Source: Candidatus Hydrothermales bacterium (lineage in GTDB: Bacteria; Hydrothermota; Hydrothermia; Hydrothermales; JAJRUZ01). From it: DNA of 12,416 nt. The notes beneath the pieces were generated by a model that saw only the letters and a list, made by a program, of their open reading frames with translations, did not search any database and had not been told where the DNA came from. Below, piece by piece: positions 8,394 to 12,416 of this stretch. Each line of letters starts with the position of its first letter. Within the stretch, counting starts at the first letter, position 1. The translations under genes and the position numbers were made by a program. The stretch is taken from contig JBCNUW010000032.1 in NCBI GenBank assembly GCA_039630575.1, forward strand, positions 1 through 12,416, read 5' to 3'.

Positions 8394-9598
8394 AGTGGAA
8401 ATTCAAATTTTACTTTTGTTCCTTTCCCTTTTTCACTTTCAATTTCAAATTTGATGTTATGAATCTCAGCTATTTTTTTAATAAAAAAAAGCCCGAGCCC
8501 AAGTCCCCTTGCTTTTGTAGTAAAAAAAGGTTCTGTAGCTCTTTTAAGGGTTTTCTCATCCATTCCCATACCAGTATCTTCAATATATAAATAATATTTT
8601 TTATCTTTTAAAAATCCCCTTATTTTAACTTCTCCTTCCTCTTCAATAGCCTCTAAAGAATTCTTCAAGGTATTAAAAATCATTTTTTTTAATAAAATTT
8701 TATTCCCCTTTAAAGCTACCTCTTCAACGTCTTCTTTTATTTCAATTTTTTCTTGGGTTTTGAATTCTCTTAAAATTTCATAGACTGTTTCTTTAATGTT
8801 TATATTCTCAAAGGTTACTTTTTCTCCTTTTATAATATATCTCTGGTAATCTTCTAAGGTATTATTTAAGTTTTTTATTTCTTCAAAAATTTTGTCAAGG
8901 ATTATATCTTCAATTTTATCTTTTGCTAATTTCATATATGTTAATAAAGATTGAAGTGAATTCTTAAGTTCATGTGAAAAAAGGGCAGAGATCTCAGCCA
9001 TTTCTATAAATTTTTTCCTGTTCTCTATTTCTTCTATTTCCTTTAAAACGGATTTTCCGAAAAGGTCTTTGAAAAGAGTAGTTATTTTTCTATCCTTTTC
9101 CTCTAACCATGAAAAAAAGTTACTTAATATAATATAAAGAGCATAAAGAAGTAAAAGAAAAGTAAAGGTAAAAAGGGAATTAAAAATAAGTTTTAATTTT
9201 GAGTTTAAAGTAATTATGTAAATTATAGGTAAATTGCTATATCTAACTAATAGATTTTCATCCTTTAAATTTAACCAAAATCTTTTGTTTTTATCCAAAT
9301 AGAAGTTTTTAATTTTTTTTATTTCACTTAAATCCTTATCAGTTAAGATAACATTTTCCTTTTTGTAGATTACCTCAAAGCCCTTTTTATAGGAAATTAT
9401 CATTTCGATCTCTGGTAAAAAAAATTTTTCATCTGATAAAATTCTTTTAATTTTTTCTTTTTCGGTTTCCAAAAAAAATTTTAGGAGCCTTTTTGAATTT
9501 AAATACTCGTTAAAATGGATTAAGAAATTTATAGAACCAGTAATAAGGAGAAGAAAAAAGAAAAAATTTACAAAGATTTTTAAGCTTTTTATCTTCAT
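8390..9598 (-). CDS. Membrane-bound sensor histidine kinase (two TM segments, HisKA + HATPase_c)
   Basis: Hydrophobic segments at about aa 9-29 and about aa 137-163. H-box [10 protein letters not shown]-box [11 protein letters not shown]1 IEDTGMGM, F-box EPFFTTK, G2 GLGLGL. ATGA overlap with the response regulator. Confidence 0.94.
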   Translation of the reverse strand: MKIKSLKIFVNFFFFLLLITGSINFLIHFNEYLNSKRLLKFFLETEKEKIKRILSDEKFFLPEIEMIISYKKGFEVIYKKENVILTDKDLSEIKKIKNFYLDKNKRFWLNLKDENLLVRYSNLPIIYIITLNSKLKLIFNSLFTFTFLLLLYALYIILSNFFSWLEEKDRKITTLFKDLFGKSVLKEIEEIENRKKFIEMAEISALFSHELKNSLQSLLTYMKLAKDKIEDIILDKIFEEIKNLNNTLEDYQRYIIKGEKVTFENINIKETVYEILREFKTQEKIEIKEDVEEVALKGNKILLKKMIFNTLKNSLEAIEEEGEVKIRGFLKDKKYYLYIEDTGMGMDEKTLKRATEPFFTTKARGLGLGLFFIKKIAEIHNIKFEIESEKGKGTKVKFEFPL

Positions 9599-9605
9599 TT
9601 AAATT

Positions 9606-9635
9606 ATTATAAGACTCTCTGTAACCCCAAGTAAA
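9606..9635 (-). promoter_or_regulatory. Putative sigma70 promoter for a leaderless kinase/regulator transcript
   Basis: Minus-strand TATAAT (9611-9606) lies 7 nt before the ATG at 9598, with no SD. Candidate -35 TTTACT at 9635-9630 (18-bp spacer). Confidence 0.55.
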
Positions 9636-9661
9636 CATTTTTTAAAAAAGTAAACATTTTT
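9629..9661. repeat. Perfect 14-bp direct repeat AAGTAAACATTTTT x2 (19-bp period); candidate regulator-binding site
   Basis: Copies at 9629-9642 and 9648-9661, read directly from the sequence. The first copy also completes TGT-N12-ACA (9620-9637). Confidence 0.8.
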
Positions 9662-9670
9662 AATTTAAAA

Positions 9671-9698
9671 TTGAATGGAATATATTTTGTATTATAAT
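9671..9698 (+). promoter_or_regulatory. Putative sigma70 promoter for the minor pilin operon
   Basis: TTGAAT (9671-9676), 16 nt, then TATAAT (9693-9698), followed by SD AAGGAGGT (9707-9714) and ATG at 9720. Confidence 0.55.
9676..9691 (+). promoter_or_regulatory. Putative sigma54 -24/-12 promoter for the minor pilin operon
   Basis: TGGAAT-ATATT-TTGTA against consensus TGGCAC-N5-TTGCW. The GG-N10-G spacing is exact, but -12 is GT rather than GC. It sits next to a divergent sigma54 activator operon. Confidence 0.5.
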
Positions 9699-9719
9699 TT
9701 AATTGGAAGGAGGTAAAAA

Positions 9720-10256
9720 ATGGTGAAAAAAAGATTGAGATGTAAAATGAATAAAAAAAAGGGTTTTACCTTAATAGAGCTTTTGTCTGTAGTACTTATC
9801 TTTAGTATTCTTTTAGGTATAGGTGTTTATTCTTTGAAAAATCTTGGAGAAATTTCTTCTGAAGGTGAGGCTCAGCGTGTTGTTAGTTTGTTGAAAGTGT
9901 GGAGAGAGGTTGCTATTTCCACTCAGAGCTCTGTAATGGTAGGAAGGAATCAGAGGGGATTTAATGTTACAAGAATAAGAGCGGGTTTTGGTGCAGAAAA
10001 TCTTGCCAGGTATAATTTTAGAAAATTAAGGTTTGGTAAAAGGTTTGCAAATTTGGGTGTTGAGGAGGCAAATAGAGTTATAGAAGACGATGGTGTTGTT
10101 TTTCCAAATGACTGTTTAATTTTTGATAGAAGAGGAGGAGCTGTTGCTGGTGCTTTTTATCTTACAGATGGGAGAATAGATTTTGCAATAGGAGTTACAC
10201 CCTCTGGAAGAATAAAACTTTGGAGGTGGAGAAATGGAAATTGGAGGGAAGGATAA
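9720..10256 (+). CDS. Type IV minor prepilin, FimT/FimU (GspH-like)
   Basis: Class III signal KKKG|FTLIELL with Glu5 and a hydrophobic helix, then 'WREVAIS..SSVMV', 'LIFDRRG' and 'IGVTPSGRIK', typical of FimT/FimU/GspH. First gene of the operon, with a strong SD. The ATG at 9747 is an alternative start. Confidence 0.8.
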   Translation: MVKKRLRCKMNKKKGFTLIELLSVVLIFSILLGIGVYSLKNLGEISSEGEAQRVVSLLKVWREVAISTQSSVMVGRNQRGFNVTRIRAGFGAENLARYNFRKLRFGKRFANLGVEEANRVIEDDGVVFPNDCLIFDRRGGAVAGAFYLTDGRIDFAIGVTPSGRIKLWRWRNGNWREG

Positions 10257-10686
10257 TTTTTATAAATTTTATAAAAGTGGTTTTACTTTAATAGAACTTC
10301 TTGTTGCAATAACAATATTTGGTATACTTCTTGTTGGTCTTTTGAATGCTATATTTTTTGGACTTGAGGCAAGCATTTTAAACAGTCAAAGAATTAGAGC
10401 AAGGGAAGTAATGACTTCTCATCTTGACTATCTTAGAAATTTACCACCGGATCATCAAGATATACAGGATGTAAGACCAGGTAATGGACTTTTAAATTTA
10501 AATAATCCTGACCATAATTTAATAATAAATGACAATGTAACTGGAATGACATGGCGAGTTGTTTGGAATGTAGAAAGGGATCCTCAGGATCCAGATCTTT
10601 TTGATATAAGAGTTTTTGTCTTGTGGAGAAACAACAGATTTTTTGTTACTTCTCAAACAAGTTACTATAGGGGGGGAAGATTATGA
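10234..10686 (+). CDS. pilV: Type IV minor prepilin, PilV-like
   Basis: SG|FTLIELLVAITI with Glu5, 'RAREVMTSHLDYLR' helix and C-terminal 'WNV...IRVFVLW'. SD GGAGGT at 10222-10227. Operon position fits. Confidence 0.75.
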   Translation: MEIGGKDNFYKFYKSGFTLIELLVAITIFGILLVGLLNAIFFGLEASILNSQRIRAREVMTSHLDYLRNLPPDHQDIQDVRPGNGLLNLNNPDHNLIINDNVTGMTWRVVWNVERDPQDPDLFDIRVFVLWRNNRFFVTSQTSYYRGGRL

Positions 10687-11627
10687 AAAAGGGATTTACC
10701 TTAATTGAACTTTTAGTTTCTATATTAATATTTCAGATTGTAATAATTGCAATTATTGCACTTTTCATAACTCAACAAAGAAGGACAATTCAAGTTCAAA
10801 ATGTCTCGTCTTTACAAACTGATGCTCAAATAGCCTTTGAACTATTAAAGTGGGATCTTAAAATGTGTGGATTTGGTTTAGGTCCTACGAGTAATTTTAT
10901 AATCGCTCAAGATGGTGGAACAAATGGTCCTGATGCAATTACTATTTTTGGAGTTGCTCTTGGATTAGAGCTTACCCAAACGCGGTTCAACTTAGTTAAA
11001 GAAAATAGTCCTATCCCGACAAGAAGAATTCATTTAAATTTATGGGAGATGGCTGATACTGTGAGGAATATAAAACCTCGAGACTTTATTTATGGTATAG
11101 ATCCTGAATCAAGAAATATAATTGAGGGTATACAGGGAGTTCAGGTAGAATCTACAAGAGTAGATCATAATACAAAAACTCTTACATTAGTGTTAAGAAA
11201 TCCTGTATCTTGCAAAAAAGGGACGATAATAATTGGTGTTAGAGATCAAAGGGGTGTTACAACTGGAGTTACTTATCAGCTTGATGCAAATCGTGTTTTG
11301 AGAAGAGCTGGTGTTCCTTTTCTTGAAAACGTTGAGGATATTCAGTTTGCCTATGGAATTGATGGTTCAAATGGAAATCCTAATGGTGTAATAGATCCTA
11401 ACGAATGGTTTAATGATCTTTCTGTAGTAAGTAATGACATGATTTTTAATAATAAGTTTGCTATAAGGGTAACTATGGTAGTAAGGTCAAAGGGTATTCC
11501 TGGGTTTGAATATGGAAGGACTCAATTGAATATTGAAAATAGAGTGATAAATTTAAATAGGTTTCAAAGAAGATTTGATAGAATTATTCTACAAGGGGTT
11601 GTATACCCTAAAAATTTAAACTTATAA
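10683..11627 (+). CDS. pilW: Type IV minor prepilin, PilW-like
   Basis: MKKG|FTLIELL, 'LQTDAQIAFELLKWDLKMCGF' (cf. PilW 'Q..R.A...l..DlRmAG') and 'LENVEDIQFAYGID'. Size (314 aa) and position fit. Confidence 0.82.
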   Translation: MKKGFTLIELLVSILIFQIVIIAIIALFITQQRRTIQVQNVSSLQTDAQIAFELLKWDLKMCGFGLGPTSNFIIAQDGGTNGPDAITIFGVALGLELTQTRFNLVKENSPIPTRRIHLNLWEMADTVRNIKPRDFIYGIDPESRNIIEGIQGVQVESTRVDHNTKTLTLVLRNPVSCKKGTIIIGVRDQRGVTTGVTYQLDANRVLRRAGVPFLENVEDIQFAYGIDGSNGNPNGVIDPNEWFNDLSVVSNDMIFNNKFAIRVTMVVRSKGIPGFEYGRTQLNIENRVINLNRFQRRFDRIILQGVVYPKNLNL

Positions 11628-11637
11628 AGGGAGTGTA

Positions 11638-12090
11638 ATGAAGAAGGGAGTTGCTTTAATAACAACAATATTGATGGCTTCCCTATTAACTATTTTAATA
11701 GGGACAGCCCTTTTTCTTGTCTCAAGAGGAATTTTTGTGACAGGTGGAGAAGAGAGATTTGTTTCTGCGATTGAGGCTGCTGAGGGTGGAATAGAAAGGG
11801 GAGTATGGCAGATAAGAAGGTTTATTTCAGGTCTTGATAATTTAGATCCGAGAAATTTTAGGATTGGTTCTTATGATGTTACAGTGGATCCTGAAATGGT
11901 GACGGTTTATCAGCGTTCAGGTTTTAATTTAAGATTCGCTGCAGCTTATTTAGGTCTTGGGTATTCAGAAGCAGGTGGAGCATTAGGACAGGTGTTTTTA
12001 ATTGCTTCGGAGGCACGTCATATAAGAGGTCAGCAAGGTGTAGTTGAAGGTTTAAGGCTTGTTCCTATTGGAACACTCGGAGGTCAATAA
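11638..12090 (+). CDS. pilX: Type IV minor prepilin, PilX-like
   Basis: MKKG|VALITTIL lacks Glu5, which is diagnostic of PilX/GspK. It carries 'AIEAAEGGIERG' (PilX_N 'A..AAEAG') and lies between pilW and pilY1. Confidence 0.8.
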   Translation: MKKGVALITTILMASLLTILIGTALFLVSRGIFVTGGEERFVSAIEAAEGGIERGVWQIRRFISGLDNLDPRNFRIGSYDVTVDPEMVTVYQRSGFNLRFAAAYLGLGYSEAGGALGQVFLIASEARHIRGQQGVVEGLRLVPIGTLGGQ

Positions 12091-12091
12091 A

Positions 12092-12416
12092 ATGAAAAGA
12101 CTTTTAATTTTGTCTTTTTTATTCTTTTTTAATCTAAAGGGGCAAGAGATGCCCTGTTCGGCTCCTCCTCATGTATCTGTTATTGAAAAACCAAACGTCC
12201 TTATAGTTCTTGATGTTACGGGAAGTATGAGATGGAGAGCTGCAAAAGATTTAGACCCAGATGGTAGCGGTCCTGTACCAGTTGGTGGGTATTTGCCAAG
12301 CTTTACCTATTATGGCTATTTTGATCCTGATAAGCTTTATAGATGGCAACAAAATAGGTTCGTTCCTATTGGAAATGCAACTTCAAGAGATATAAACTCA
12401 ACAAATTTTAACCCTG
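12092..12416 (+). CDS. pilY1: PilY1/PilC-like pilus tip adhesin with N-terminal vWA-type motif, 5' part only
   Basis: Not in the ORF track. Manual translation: MKRLLILSFLFFFNLKGQEMPCSAPPHVSVIEKPNVLIVLDVTGSMRWRAAKDLDPDGSGPVPVGGYLPSFTYYGYFDPDKLYRWQQNRFVPIGNATSRDINSTNFNP, open to the edge. It has a Sec signal peptide, and 'PNVLIVLDxxGSM' and 'YYGYFDP' are characteristic of PilY1 N-termini. SD GGAGG at 12079-12083. Confidence 0.85.
   Translation, partial: MKRLLILSFLFFFNLKGQEMPCSAPPHVSVIEKPNVLIVLDVTGSMRWRAAKDLDPDGSGPVPVGGYLPSFTYYGYFDPDKLYRWQQNRFVPIGNATSRDINSTNFNP

Noticed and set aside
7041..9598. Naming the two-component pair pilS/pilR
   Set aside because: The kinase has two TM segments with an extracytoplasmic loop rather than the six-TM PilS layout, and no major pilin gene is adjacent. 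Orthology cannot be shown without a search.
9629..9661. Direct repeat as a CRISPR remnant or insertion target-site duplication
   Set aside because: Only two 14-bp copies 5 bp apart, with no spacer-sized gap, cas gene or transposase.
9720..12090. Type II secretion pseudopilins gspH-I-J-K
   Set aside because: The PilW-type QFAYGID motif, the short PilX-type protein and the downstream PilY1-like gene favour type IVa pilus minor pilins.

Overview
AT-rich, gene-dense bacterial window. The Lys/Glu/Ile/Phe-rich proteins look thermophile-like, but the taxon cannot be determined from the sequence alone. There are four transcription units. (1) Minus strand: a solitary V/A-type ATP synthase subunit B, then glutamate dehydrogenase, then a GT2 glycosyltransferase that runs off the left edge, is missing from the ORF track and apparently starts at ATA. 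(2) Plus strand: a translationally coupled four-gene cassette, bounded on both sides, with a NeuC/LegG-type hydrolysing 2-epimerase, two paralogous FemAB/GNAT-fold proteins and a SAM methyltransferase. (3) Minus strand: a two-TM sensor histidine kinase and an NtrC-family sigma54 response regulator. (4) Plus strand, divergent from (3): a type IVa pilus minor-pilin operon (fimU/fimT-pilV-pilW-pilX-pilY1-like); pilY1 is truncated by the right edge and missing from the ORF track. The 121-bp spacer between (3) and (4) holds overlapping sigma54-like and sigma70-like promoters, a 14-bp direct repeat and a probable leaderless promoter for the kinase. The best candidates for undescribed biology are the NeuC + 2x FemAB-like + methyltransferase cassette and a sigma54 two-component system that may directly control the pilus-tip operon. 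No RNA genes, CRISPR arrays or mobile elements were seen.
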